64,000 bases of DNA. Origin: Amoebophrya sp. A120. Taxonomy: Eukaryota; Protista; Dinoflagellata. The DNA is taken from NCBI GenBank assembly GCA_905178155.1, contig CAJINV010000004.1:7334548-7398547 (forward strand), in the 5' to 3' direction. Under the pieces are notes generated by a model. The model saw only the letters and a program-made list of their open reading frames with translations. It searched no databases and was not told where the DNA came from. A program made the position numbers and the translations under genes. The stretch's first letter is position 1; each line of letters opens with the position of its first letter. Shown here piece after piece: positions 25,501 through 37,497 of this stretch.

Positions 25501-28500
25501 CACCACCTGCTACCGCACTACTACCAGTACCAGTACTAGCACTCGTCCGGGCCTTCCCGAGCAAATCGAAAAGGCACTGGTAAAAATGTCTGCTGGCGTT
25601 CACCAAGTAGAATTCCAATTTCGACGCGTCGAAATCCTCCAATTCTTTTCTCAAATCCTCGTCGGAACTCGTGAAATCCTCCACGTTGGTCAGGCTGCAG
25701 GCCTCGTATAACAGTGCACACCCCCCCCTCCCCCTCATTTGTCATGCAAAATACTCAATCCACCCTTTGCTTCTTGGCACTGTTTGCATGACAAGTTCTG
25801 GTAGCCCAAGTAGCACTACAATCCAGCGCAAATCTGTCATGCAAAACTGGCATTCTTGCTGATGCTTGTATTGCCGTTAATGCTATACAAATGAGGGGGA
25901 GGGGGAGTTGTGCACTGTTATACCTCGGTGAGGAAATTCAAGAACCAAGTCGTCGAGGCACGACCACTCGCAGAATTAATATGTTGAGGAGCGGCTGCAG
26001 AAATGTTATATGTTGAGCTGTCTGCAGTTGATGTGGTCGTGGTCGTCCCCATGCTGGTCAGCAAATAGGCCTGGAGCGCGCTGTCCGCAGCCCGGGCTGC
26101 GCGTAGAGGTGTGGAGCCGGGGGCTGCAGCTGCTGGCGCTGAGGTTGACATCAGCGTCGCTCCACTTATTTGGAAGTTGTTCATAAAAATATTACTTCCC
26201 GCGACCACTCCCATCGGCAAGACTTGAATCAGCAAGGAGAAGACCAAGGCTAGAACCTTCTCCCTTTCCGGGTCTTCCACTTCGGTCAACAGAAACACGA
26301 TGCTCCTTAACCTCCGGAGTAACAAAAGCATCGTCAGTTCCTTGTTCGGAAGAATGTTGTTGTTTTGATAGGTCGTTGTCGCGAAAAGTTCGAATGTGTG
26401 CGTCCCCCGCAAAGAATAGCGCTCAACATGATCTACTTCGGGCGCTGCACCTCCCGCCATTGCGGAGGTCGAAGCGCCAGCACCTCCAGCAGGAGACCCA
26501 GCAGACCATCGCACGAATTGAGCGAAGTCATGGGCTATTTTTGCCGCGTCAACAGAGTTGCTCATATTATCGGTCCCCGGGGTAAAAGTACCACTGCTTA
26601 TTTGTTCATCGTGTTGCAAAATGCTTCTCCACACGTGTTCGGGCAGCAGTCCGGACAGTTGCAGTAACCCAAAGGAATTCAGCAACAGTCTGAAAACACG
26701 CTTGCTAAACTTCTCACCGCTTTCTGGCAGTCCCGCGTATTGATGAGACCGCACAACACACGTCGCCGCCCCGTACAGGTCTTGATCGATGCGGAAAGCG
26801 TCAGAGACCGCAATCAGCTGCGAATCAGATTTCCGCTTCAACTGGTCCATTGTCGTCGCGGGCGACTGTGCGGCGGGAGATATTGTTGAAGAGGTTCTTC
26901 CCTGAAACAGCTGCTTCCCCGTTTGTAGTAGGGCAGTTGAAGCAAATCCGTTGATCGCCGGGTGGAGTAATCTGACGTAAACAGCATCCACGTGATTCAT
27001 CAACTCGGGAAAGCTGTTTTTCACGTTTCTGTACTCGCCGAAGTACCCTAGCACCTCTTTCAAGACCGGGGCACAGGACAGCGCATCGATTTCCAAGTGG
27101 TTCATGAGGAAATTCAGCATTTTCAGAACCAGCTCCGGCGCATCGGTACTTGCGGTGAGAAGTGCGATGTTGTGGCTGCTGAGATGTAGTTCTTGTGCGG
27201 TGAGCTCCTCCTGCTCTGTCGGTGTTATCGTGGCGTTGTAATTTGCAGCTCCACCAATCGCATTTCCCTCGAGCGTACAGCGACACTGCTCGTCTAGGAG
27301 CGGGATGGTTTTCAGGATAACGGCGGCAATGTTCTCTACGAGGCTTTTTTGCAGCTGGAAATAAAGAGCTTGTGCTGACCCCCTTTCGGTTGAGTTCTTC
27401 GCGTTCATCTCGTTTTGTGTGTAGTGGTACCTCCTCGCGTCGATTTCGCACAGCCTTCCCAAAAAATTCAGCAGCTCCACCGGCAGCTCTCCAGACGTTT
27501 CCACCAGATCGTCCATGTACAGGGCGTCGGCTTCCACCAGACCCTTCGCGAGAAACGAAACCACTTCTGTTTCCGACAAATCCCCCTGCACACTCGGCTC
27601 GTTCAAGCGCTGTAGAAAGAGCGAATACAGTTCCGCCGCGGCGTTCGGGTTCACCCGGATCCAAATGTCGAGTAAGTCGGCGAGGAGATCCGTCGCAATG
27701 TCGCGGCTAATGTCCTGCTTTGTACTGCTGTCCGTGTCGATGTCATCTTCGGGATTATGCAGTGCAAAAGCATCGTATTCGTATTGCAGTCATGCATTAC
27801 AAATCATTTTTTTAAAGGTAGATCAGCATTACAAATTTCATTTCTCATGCTGAGGACATTTGTAATGCATTTATGCGAGTACGATACTTTTGCACTGCAT
27901 AGGCGGGGTTGTTGTTGAACATCAAGCGGGAATCGTTATCGTTTAGTACCGCTTTACTCCCGTTATGAACATTCGTTGTGTTCAGCAACTGAAAGTGGGA
28001 AAAAAGCCCGCGCAGGCACGGCTGGGATAACTGCTGCAGGAGTTGCAACACAAACTCCGACGGCAGCACCTGTTCCCGATTAAGCTCTTTCAAATGGGAA
28101 AAGAAATTACTCAGCGGCCCCAAGTCCCCCGGTCGATATTCGAGCAAGTAGCCGCAAAGCGTCGTGAGGATCGTGTGAATTGGGGTCGATGAGGACACAG
28201 CTCCTGCGTGACTTGTTTGTGAAGATGGTGCGCTGGAAGAAGTACTTCTACCAACGGCCCGCGCAACAACATCTTCCTGCTCGGCAGTGGCGAAAAAGAA
28301 CTGCGTGTACAGCTCAGCAAACATCCAGAGCAGTGTGCTGACATCGTAGAAGACGTCTGGAGTTGCGGATGCTGGTGGAGGTGAATCATGCGCCGGCGTC
28401 GTTCTTACTCCAATCGGTTGCACTAGAAGCTGCCGGGCAAATCTTTCTAAGAAGGCCAAAGCCTCTTGGAGTAGAATGATTTCGCCTGGATTTATTTTTA

Positions 28501-30566
28501 CCGGAGACGCCCCAGCATTTGAACTATCTCCGCTGGACGAACAAGACAACATCGAAGACCCCCCTTGATTTATTCTTATTGGCGAGGACATTGACGAAGT
28601 TGTTCCAGCCTGTTTGTCCGCTCGCTTCCACAGCACCGATGCGGACCTCGCTTTCGCCATTCCTTCGACGAAATTGGAGATGGCGTTGTGCTTGTGCTGC
28701 GTTGCACCTCCCTCCGCTCCACTAGCAGACGATGAAAACAGCAGCGCGGCCGTGGTGGCACTCAGTAGTAGAGAGTGGGAGAACGGACAGACGTTGTCGC
28801 AAGAAAAAAACTGCGTCACTTCTGTGAACTTACTTGGCACGTTCTTTGCGCGATGGAGCACAGAAGTATTTGCCTTGCTACACGACCTGGTGTAAGAGAT
28901 TGGATCTTCTTAAAACGTGCTTTCCCTTGGCGGGAAGCGCCACTGCACATGGCAGATTTTTTATTTCTGTGTCATGTGTAAGAACATTTGCAATATCATC
29001 ATAAGTAGTGAAACGCTTTTTTCATCTTGGGATAGATGTGCTGCTTCGTGTACTCCTGAAGCAGTTGCTGGGCGGAGGCGTACAAAGCGCTTCTTTCTGA
29101 TTCTGCGTGCGCCTCGTTATTGCCGCTGGTGTGTGAATCATTTGGTCCTCCGACAAAATGCAGCACCTGTGCCACCAATGTGAAGATCGGCACCCGGAGA
29201 CGGTCACGCAGTACCACCCCGTACGCGACTTCCTCGAACCTCTTCATCGGCTGTTCCACCTCCTCAAACAAAGCTATCAGCAGGTCGAGGATAACTTTTG
29301 TAGAAAATCTCAGCTCCAGCTGCTCGCACTGGTGCAGCGGCGTCGTTGATGTAGTAGTCCAAACGCAAACCCGGTGCGCGGGCGCCAGCGGAAAGTGCTG
29401 GAAGAAGATCTCTGTCATTTGCCCGATTTCAGCCTTATCAACATTTTCATTTATCAAATGTAAAAGTGTCTGGGTCTGGAAAAGTGTAAACTTGTCATGC
29501 AGATTTTCCATGACCCATGAGGTCTCGAATGCGGGACTTAGCATGACAGACTCTACGAGGTCTCTCCCATGCCTATCCTGCATGATAAAATCCCTTCGAA
29601 CTTGGCCAAAAGTGGGCGGCTTTTGGCACTCATGCAACACAGATATTTGCATGCTCCAGACGTACCATGACAAGTTGGCACCTTCCAGACCCAGACATTT
29701 TTACATTTGATATCATTCGACGACGCGCGATTCTCCATGTGCGTGAGCGCCTCGGCCAGTTGCTGATCGGTTCGTTCCTGGTCCTGCGAAGACGAAGTCG
29801 AAGAGGTAGTTGGCGTGTTATCGAAATCAATACCTCCGTGCAGCTGGCCGAGAACGCATCCTGGGAGAAAGCTGCGGAGCGTTTGCTCGAACGCAGGTGA
29901 TCGGAGAAGGGTGGCCGCGAGCGTGGGGATCAGCTTGGCAATAACTGGCTTGCTAAGGGTAGAAGTTGTGCTGGGGGTCGCTGCGTTCAGGGTGGATTGT
30001 GGCCCTAGATGAAGTGCCTGTCCGTTGTTTTGCGGCTGGCTTCCAGACGTCGAGGACACTGGTGAGAAGGACAGGAGTTTGGCTACATTTCGCAACACAA
30101 ACTCACACTTGTCCCGACTAGCCGCCCGGGTGGGATCATTTATTGCTCCCGGCCGCCCAGTGCTACTAGCTGATCTACTGCCTCCGCTTGCAGTGGTCGT
30201 GCCTGGCCTGTCGGCGTTCTGACACAAAGATCTGGGAAACTCTTTGGATAAGTCGAGCAGCAACTTCGCAGCGAAAAACTTCTCGGTCTCGCTGCCGTCG
30301 GGCGTGATGAGCAGCGCGATCGCGAGCTCGGCGGCTTGGCCCTCGGCCGCAGTCCTCTTCGCCTCGCTGCAAAACTCGGTAAGCCACCGGTCGGCATCGT
30401 TCCGGGAGAGGTTCTTGCTGCCGGGGTTGTTTATGCTTCCTTGGTAGAAAGCTCGCAGCGTGTTGCGCAATTCCTGGAACAAGACGGGAGTGCTTTCGAC
30501 TGTAGCGCGGACGCGGGAAAGGTCGGCGGGGGAGAGGCCGAAATTTGCTGGAGCACGACTGGTCAT
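22594..30566 (-). CDS. Large importin-beta-family (transportin-3/importin-13-like) HEAT-repeat protein, multi-exon
   Basis: N-terminus LRAFYQ...RNDADRWLTEF...AIALLITP...EKFFAAKLL resembles the importin-beta N-terminal domain; followed by Leu-rich helical exons; interrupted by introners and by a probable assembly duplication at 24487-25330. Confidence 0.6.
24184..24328. mobile_element. Introner family A (opposite orientation to the 12642 copy)
   Basis: TIRs; TSD tgtgg. Confidence 0.9.
25707..25922. mobile_element. Introner family F (same insertion repeated at 24864-25079 and 36087-36302)
   Basis: TIR tataacagtgcaca-C-rich / G-rich-tgtgcactgttata; TSD cctcg. Confidence 0.88.
27756..27901. mobile_element. 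Introner family A, TSD decayed
   Basis: tatgcagtgcaaaag / cttttgcactgcata; flanks gggat and ggcgg do not match. Confidence 0.8.
29452..29712. mobile_element. Introner family B
   Basis: Family B TIRs; TSD tcatt. Confidence 0.9.
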
Positions 30567-32380
30567 TTTTTAGTGTAAAAGTCTCTAGGAAGATGCTTGA
30601 AGTTGTAGCCAGGCGGGGGAAGAAGATCAACCCTTTGCTCGCCTCTTATGGCCTGCGAGTAACTGTCTGACATATACAGCTAAAGAATCCTGAGAGCAAG
30701 TCCTTTGCGAAAACTCCTGAGAGCTTAGGCACTACAACAAGACCAAACACCACCCGTTTTAGCGGTGAACGACCAAGTGTAGGGAGTCGCACAGTATGAG
30801 TGAGTCCGAAAACTCACTGCTGCTGCGCTTCAGATAAGCATCACACTACCTCCTCATCCGTGTGAGCAGATCAACCTCCAAAGAGCCGCCAGTGCTGAAC
30901 AACCCGCCTCACGTGCTCAACCTGACGTCAAACCGGATCCAAGAACCACAGCGCTACCAGGGGTCTCGCTGACTCTCGAACCGCCGGAGCGGAAGGAGAG
31001 GTATACCGACGCCACCGGGGGCCACAGGAAAACACGGAGTTATGCCCTGCGCCGCCAGTTGCCACCGCCTAGGCTTGGAGCCTTGCCTTTTCTTTTCTTT
31101 TATATGAGTTTTCTCCTTTCCAGCCCGGCGGGTGCTGGAAGGTGGCGCGTTTTTCTTTCTTTTACTGTTTTGCGCTCTTGAGTTTTTTTTTTTTTATTCT
31201 TTGGTCCCAATCTTGGCACCTCAAAGAATCTTTTAGGAGGTTGCGCGATAAAAGGAAGAAAGTCACTGGGGGTTTTCATCTTTGCAAAAGATCCGCCGGC
31301 CTTGCCAGCCCTAGTCTGCCCATTGGCCAAACGGGAAAAAAAAAAAAAAGAACAAGCCCCACTCTCCCCCCCCGATGGACTAGATTCTTGCTTTCCTCAG
31401 AGTGGTGAGGACAGAAAGAATACTTTATGGCAACTACGGAAGATCATCAGAAAGAAAAGTAAGAATCTCGCAAAAGAAAAAGACACCGATGGCATCTCTC
31501 AGGCAAGAGCAAGAGCTGGACTGCCTTTAATACCTGGCTTTCACCTAGGCATTACAGACATTCTAGCGGAACATCAAGAGCTGGAGAGCTACATCTAGAG
31601 CTTCAATACAAAATCAAGAAAACGGCTCCTGGTGTTCATTTTGTTCCATTGCAAAAAATCCCGCTGCAGGTTGTATCGTTCATTTTCATCTTTAGGTGTG
31701 GGTTATAATCAATGCTCTTTTGTAAGAAAGATCAATTGGAAAACTACGTGGTCACAACTGAATACTGTGTATCAGGTAGTAGAAGCAGATACTTCAATAA
31801 TTTAAGCAGATTGCCCGGCGCCAGAGAAACTGCGGCTGCCTTGGCGAAGGCAGGGGAGAGTCGTGCGTCGCCGATCGATCGCACAAGGCGTCCGGCAGCT
31901 TGTAAGAAAGCCGGGCGCCACTACTGCAGAGTTAACTCCAAGGAAGGTCGATCCCTACACCGCCGGGCGCAAAAAGTTGCCGCATGACCATGAGTTTTGA
32001 TTTTCCAGAAACAACACAACGAAAAAAGGTAGGGCGAAACGTGGCGCGCCTCAAACAAAGACACAATCCGTTGGCTGGCTTTGTCGTGGCGCCGGTGTCC
32101 CATGCATGCCCATACCCTTAGTCCCTCGCGAGTCGCCACCGAGCTCAGGAGCGGAATCCCATGCAGCGGCGCCTGCACGACAGGCGCTACCCTCGGACAA
32201 AAGGCCCGCACCAACGCACGCACCACGCTACATGCGCCTTAAGGAGCGCAACCACACGGCGCCGGTGCGCGCGCACTATGCCCCATAAGGAAGGAACCAG
32301 ACAACCGCGGCGCCCACCTCCTCAGGAATGGCCCGCCGTTGTCGTTGCTCTTGCTCCGCACTGGGAAAACAAGAAATCCT

Positions 32381-32787
32381 CGCCTCCGCGCGGAGGCGTG
32401 GCCCACGACTTGTTTCCGAGGCCAGTGCTGGATGCAACAACAAAAAAAATTTTCGGCGCGCTGCGCGCGCCGTTCCGAAAATAAGAAATCGACCCCTCCG
32501 CGCGGAGGGGTCGATTTCTGATTTTCGGTTTCTTCTTCCGCCGCTGGCGGCCCAGAAAGAAACAGGCCCCTCCGCGCGGAGGGGGCGGTTTGTTTGATAG
32601 CCGGACCGCTACCTTTTACCCAGAAAACAACGAAAGTCGGCGCTTTTGGTACTTCCGGGTCCAAAAGAAACCGCCCCCTCCGGGCGGAGGGGCCGGTTTC
32701 TTTGTGGGCCGCTAGCGACGCAAGAAGAAGCCGAAATTTCCTGTCCAAGGAGTCACGACATTCTCACTCAACCCTCCACACGGAGGG
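32381..32787. repeat. Cluster of five palindromes with core CCTCCGCGCGGAGG
   Basis: Copies centred near 32390, 32501 (perfect 36-bp palindrome 32484-32519), 32575, 32683 and 32780. Confidence 0.9.
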
Positions 32788-33170
32788 CCCAACTTCTTGG
32801 CTTTGAGAATTGTTTGCGCGACCTGCGCGCGGAGCATTTGTTTTTGTTCGCTTTTAATGTTTTCGCGAAGTGGCGCCGCGGCTCGTGCAGTGGCTCCGCA
32901 CGGTGGCCAGCAAGCTTTTTTTTATTCCCGGCCACCCTATGAGACGCGCACGCGCAACACCCCTGCGCCGAAACCTTTGGCGCGCGCGAGTAAAAACGTC
33001 GCGGCGGGCTGCTTTGCTTCCGAGCGGCCGCGTGTGCCTCTACAGATGTGCCGTAAAGACTGAAAACGCGACGCCACATCGTAAAACAAGGGCAAGGCAA
33101 CGCAGGCGCACGAGGTGAGGCTGCATAGCGCAAAAATGAAGATCAATTGGAAAACTACGTGGTCACAACT

Positions 33171-34861
33171 GGAGAGTTGTATCGGTAAACCAGACGATGA
33201 CCATGTTGACTTGGAAAACATCTTCCGTAGTGCCGCATGCCGAAGCTGCCTAGCCCCACTTGCTTCATGAACATCATGACGTCAGAGCTGTACATGATCA
33301 TGATAAACAACAAGCCCGTGAAAATCTCGGACATATCAACCAAATACGCGACGAAGCCGCGCTTATTTGTTCAATTGTCAAAAGTAGGAACATTCTGAGT
33401 TATTAACCAAAACTTGTGCTACTTCATCCTCCTCCTGGCATGATGGTCGTCAGTCTTGCTCGGGTAGAAACAAGACGAAACAAAGCGAAACAGAAACTAC
33501 TGTTTTTTTTCAGTCTTGCGTTTCATTGTGTAAAATTCCTGCTTGTTATTTGTGTTTCTTTATGTCAACTCCGCACTCAGCAGGTTCGGTTCCGACGCCG
33601 AGCCAGCATTCCGGCGTTTTTGACTACTGACCAGCTGCCGCGCAAAACCGTTCAGCACTCGCGACCCGCGCATTTGCTCCTCAGTGCCAGGCTTCGACAT
33701 CAAGGCGTCCATCAGCATCTTGCGGCGGTACCTGAAGAAAAATGTGATGCTGATAATCATACATTCTGCATTTCAATTTTCGTATCGTGTGGAGCACTAT
33801 GCAAATGCATGACAAAAAAAAGAAGAATCAATACGAGCTAACGCGAAGAGGAAATCCAAGTTCTTCGTCGCCAAGCACGCCGGACATCATGTTCTTCAGG
33901 ATCCACAAAACCCTTTTCCGGTGCTCTTCTCCCTTTTTTGATTGTGACGTGCAGGAAAGCATCTGCAGAAAATCTGCGAACGACGTTATCCCCCCTTTCG
34001 GCAGAATACGAAGCAGCTGCTGCCGACTCTCGCATAGCCCGAAAGCTGTGAGAAAAGAAGAAACCACATTTCAATAAATTAGAATCCAAGTAGGCTAGGA
34101 ACGCTTTGTCTTTGTGTTGATATGGAAATACCACTAAATCCAAAACTGTTTTCATCGTGATCCCCTAGAGCTAGATGAAGACAGCGATGGATAACAATAA
34201 ATCCAATTTCAATTTTTATGTCAAAGCGTATAATCTTTACCGACGAAGAAGTCTTCTATGCTGGCAACCGGGTTGTTTGCGAGCGTGTCGTAGTACCGCT
34301 TGAGTTATGCATTGCAAAAGTATCGTACTCGTATAAATGCATTACAAATTTTCTCAGCATGAGAAATGAAATTTGTAATGCGGATTTACCTTAAAAAAAA
34401 GATTTGTAATGCATGACTGCAGTGCGAGTACGAGACTTTTGCAGCGCATATGAGTTTGTGCCGCTCGCTGGTGGAAAAATCCGTGTACTCCGGCTTCCCA
34501 CGGTATTTCAGCCACCGGCATCAAGTGCAAATATGTCTGGGTCTGGAAGGGTCCAACTTGTGATGCTGTCTTTGGATTCTAAAAGCGTCTGTATTGCATG
34601 ACCAGCAAGAGGAGTCCAGTTTGTGCTACGCGGGGAGGGCATTTGTCATGCGTAATAGGCATCAGGAAGCCTTCTAAAAATCAGTGATCATAGGTCATGC
34701 ATTACAGGCGTCATGGATCATGCAAAACATGCATGACAAACCTTACATCCTTCCAGACCGAGACATATTTGCAATGCATAACCGGTCACGCTGGTCTTTC
34801 ACCAGCAGCGAATGTGGGTCGTCGATCAGGGCCTTCCCGGCGTTGCGCAGCGCACTGCTGC
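33171..34861 (-). pseudogene. 5'-truncated diverged duplicate of the gene region at about 17309-19170, with introns retained
   Basis: Collinear similarity including the 3' flank, exons and introners (A at 34306-34450, B at 34519-34780); ends abruptly after gcgcactgctgc. Confidence 0.85.
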
Positions 34862-35538
34862 GCCGCTCTCATCCAACTCCTTTTCATCGCTACTCATTCA
34901 GAGAGTGATGAAAAGAGAGATGGTAGCAAAAATGAATTCATCCAACTGCACCGCAGCGCAACACAGATTTCCGCACTACCCAGAATTAGCATGACAAGTT
35001 CCAGCGTTCCGGAGGACCCAGACATATTTGCAATGCATATCCCCACCTGGTAATATTCATCAAAATACGCGGAGTGTAGAATCCCATACGGGTCTGGCGT
35101 ATAGCTTTCCCAATCCGGGCAGACCCCGCGTCTCTCGCAACACTGCTTTTCATTCAGCACGTTGTCGCAATTCCGAGAAAAACACAAATTGTCGCCGAAT
35201 TTGTAGCCCTCGGGGTTTTCGAACTGATGAATCAAGGTCTCGTGTCCCGGGTGTGGGTCTGGCACTTCGATTTCCGTTTTTTCATGCCCGATGAACCCGG
35301 AGGGGATTTTTTGCAAAGCTCGTCCTCACGAGCTCGTGAGAAATTACCTCACGTACCGTTTCCGTTTTTCTCATGCTCGTGCGGTTCGGGGGCTGAATCG
35401 TAGTGCGGGTAGGTTTTCCAACTCGGATTCCGCTCCGACGCATACAAAGGTTCGCCATAACCCTTCGAGCTGCAGGAATCTTTGTGCGTGTCCAAATGTT
35501 CGAAGCAGTTGTCCACACACCCACTGTTCACGATCGTC
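34862..35538 (-). pseudogene. Fragment of an unrelated Cys-rich gene carrying half of a family B introner
   Basis: ORF pieces GCVDNCFEHLDTHKDSC... and ...CFSRNCDNVLNEKQCCERRGVCPDW...; only one family B TIR (ends 35039); source locus not in this window. Confidence 0.55.
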
Positions 35539-35710
35539 GGGGGAAGAAGATCAATTGGAAAACTACGTGGTCACAACTGAATAATGATAGGCAAAAATGG
35601 CGAACAAGAGGGTGGGAATCCAGACCGAATTGCAAATCCGAAAAACAGGAAAATGCAGCAGGTGCCACACTCATGTCGATGATCCAGATCCATATAATTT
35701 ATTGAGAAGG

Positions 35711-36441
35711 GATCCGGGTCAGAGAGTGGAGGAGGGTTTGCGTTAGAAAGTCGGTTAGGAGGCACGAATTTTCTGTCTGTGCGTTGCTGGTGTCACCGAC
35801 GCCGCCAGGTGGTGTAGTTGGACTTGCATTGTTGAACAGGCTCGCGCTACTGCTCGAACTTAAACCTGAAATCATCTTCGCACCACCTGCTACCGCACTA
35901 CTACCAGTACCAGTACTAGCACTCGTCCGGGCCTTCCCGAGCAAATCGAAAAGGCACTGGTAAAAATGTCTGCTGGCGTTCACCAAGTAGAATTCCAATT
36001 TCGACGCGTCAAAATCCTCCAATTCTTTTCTCAAATCCTCGTCGGAAATCGTGAAATCCTCCACGTTAGTCAGGCTGCAGGCCTCGTATAACAGTGCACA
36101 CCCCCCCCTCCCCCTCATTTGTCATGCAAAATACTCAATCCACCCTTTGCTTCTTGGCACTGTTTGCATGACAAGTTCTGGTAGCCCAAGTAGCACTACA
36201 ATCCAGCGCAAATCTGTCATGCAAAACTGGCATTCTTGCTGATGCTTGTATTGCCGTTAATGCTATACAAATGAGGGGGAGGGGGAGTTGTGCACTGTTA
36301 TACCTCGGTGAGGAAATTCAAGAACCAAGTCGTCGAGGCACGACCACTCGCAGAATTGAAATTATGTTGAGGAGCTGCAGCGGAAGTAGACACTATTGTT
36401 GTTGAGCCGTCTCCTTTTTGTAGTAGTGCTACCGGTCGGCG
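35711..36441 (-). pseudogene. Internal fragment copy of the importin-like gene, including its family F introner
   Basis: Near-identical to 25331-25976, followed by a homologous but diverged tail (TTIVSTSAAAPQHNFNS versus TYNISAAAPQHINS). Confidence 0.8.
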
Positions 36442-37497
36442 TGCTATGTAAGGTTAAGTCCCTAGAGCACCAGGGGAGCTAAAAAACAAGTTCTTCACCG
36501 CCGGGCGCTACGCTAGTACGATTGTTTTCCTTTTTTTTACTAGAGCTATCGCCAAACCCCTTCACGTTCACGCCTCTGTCTCAGATTCTTTTACGTATTT
36601 CCTTTCACTTTCTCGCACAAAATGTCACTTTTTTTTTGTTTTCCGCCACGAACCCTTGCTGCTCACAGCTTCCTCAACCTCAAGCGCGTTTTCTTCTTGG
36701 AAAACGCAGCACACCGCGTGCCACTACCGAATCAGCTGTACCTCCTGGTCCACCTCCATCGGTGCCGGGCCGTTGGCATCTTGCGGCGGCTGCCCCTGCA
36801 GCTGGCTTTTTCGCCATTCGTCCACCAAAGGTTTCAAAGCATCCTGGATTTTTTGCTGCATTTCCAGCCGGGTTACGCGCTCCGTCACCTGGCGGAGGTT
36901 GAAGGGGCTTTTTTCGAAACTGCGCACCGGGAAGGGGTTCTCGCTGTGGCCGTCCCGGTCCGCAAGCTCCACGCATAGAGCCCCAGCGTGGTACACAGGC
37001 TCAATGGACGCAATGGAGAGGGGCGAACTCGGGGCTGTAAGAGCTCCGGCGAGTGCTTTCATGAGCTAGACCTGATGGGGTTTGGCGTACCGGAACTTTA
37101 GGAGTGCAGCCGGTTTTTTCATGAACTATAGCTCGACCACGCATGCTATTACTAGTAGAGGCGGCTAACGATAGTGCTTGTACCCCACCCTCTATACAAA
37201 TTGCCCGGGCCTTACAGCATGCTTACTGGGTGGGACTGGGATATTTGGCCATGCCCGGGCTTACTGGGTGGGACTGCCCGGGCCTTACAGTATCGCTGAT
37301 CGCTGATCGGGGGCTTGGCGTACCGGAGCTTTAAGAGTGCAGCCGGTGTTTTCATGAACTAGAGCTCGACCACGCTTACTGTACTAGTAGAGGGGGAAGA
37401 AGATCAATTGGAAAACTACGTGGTCACAACTGAATAATGATAGGAGCGAGGTAACAAACCCAAACGAGAACTTCGCGGTTGAGTTCTCATCCGGCCG

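Noticed and set aside
29401-29410. gaagaagatc matching the start of the junction sequence
   Set aside because: A 10-nt match within an exon (EIFF codons) with no continuation.
31728-31764. Junction sequence as a sequencing adapter or linker
   Set aside because: It matches no Illumina, Nextera, 454, PacBio or Nanopore adapter that I recall, extends to about 170 nt, and shows substitutions and indels between copies. A UniVec screen would settle it.
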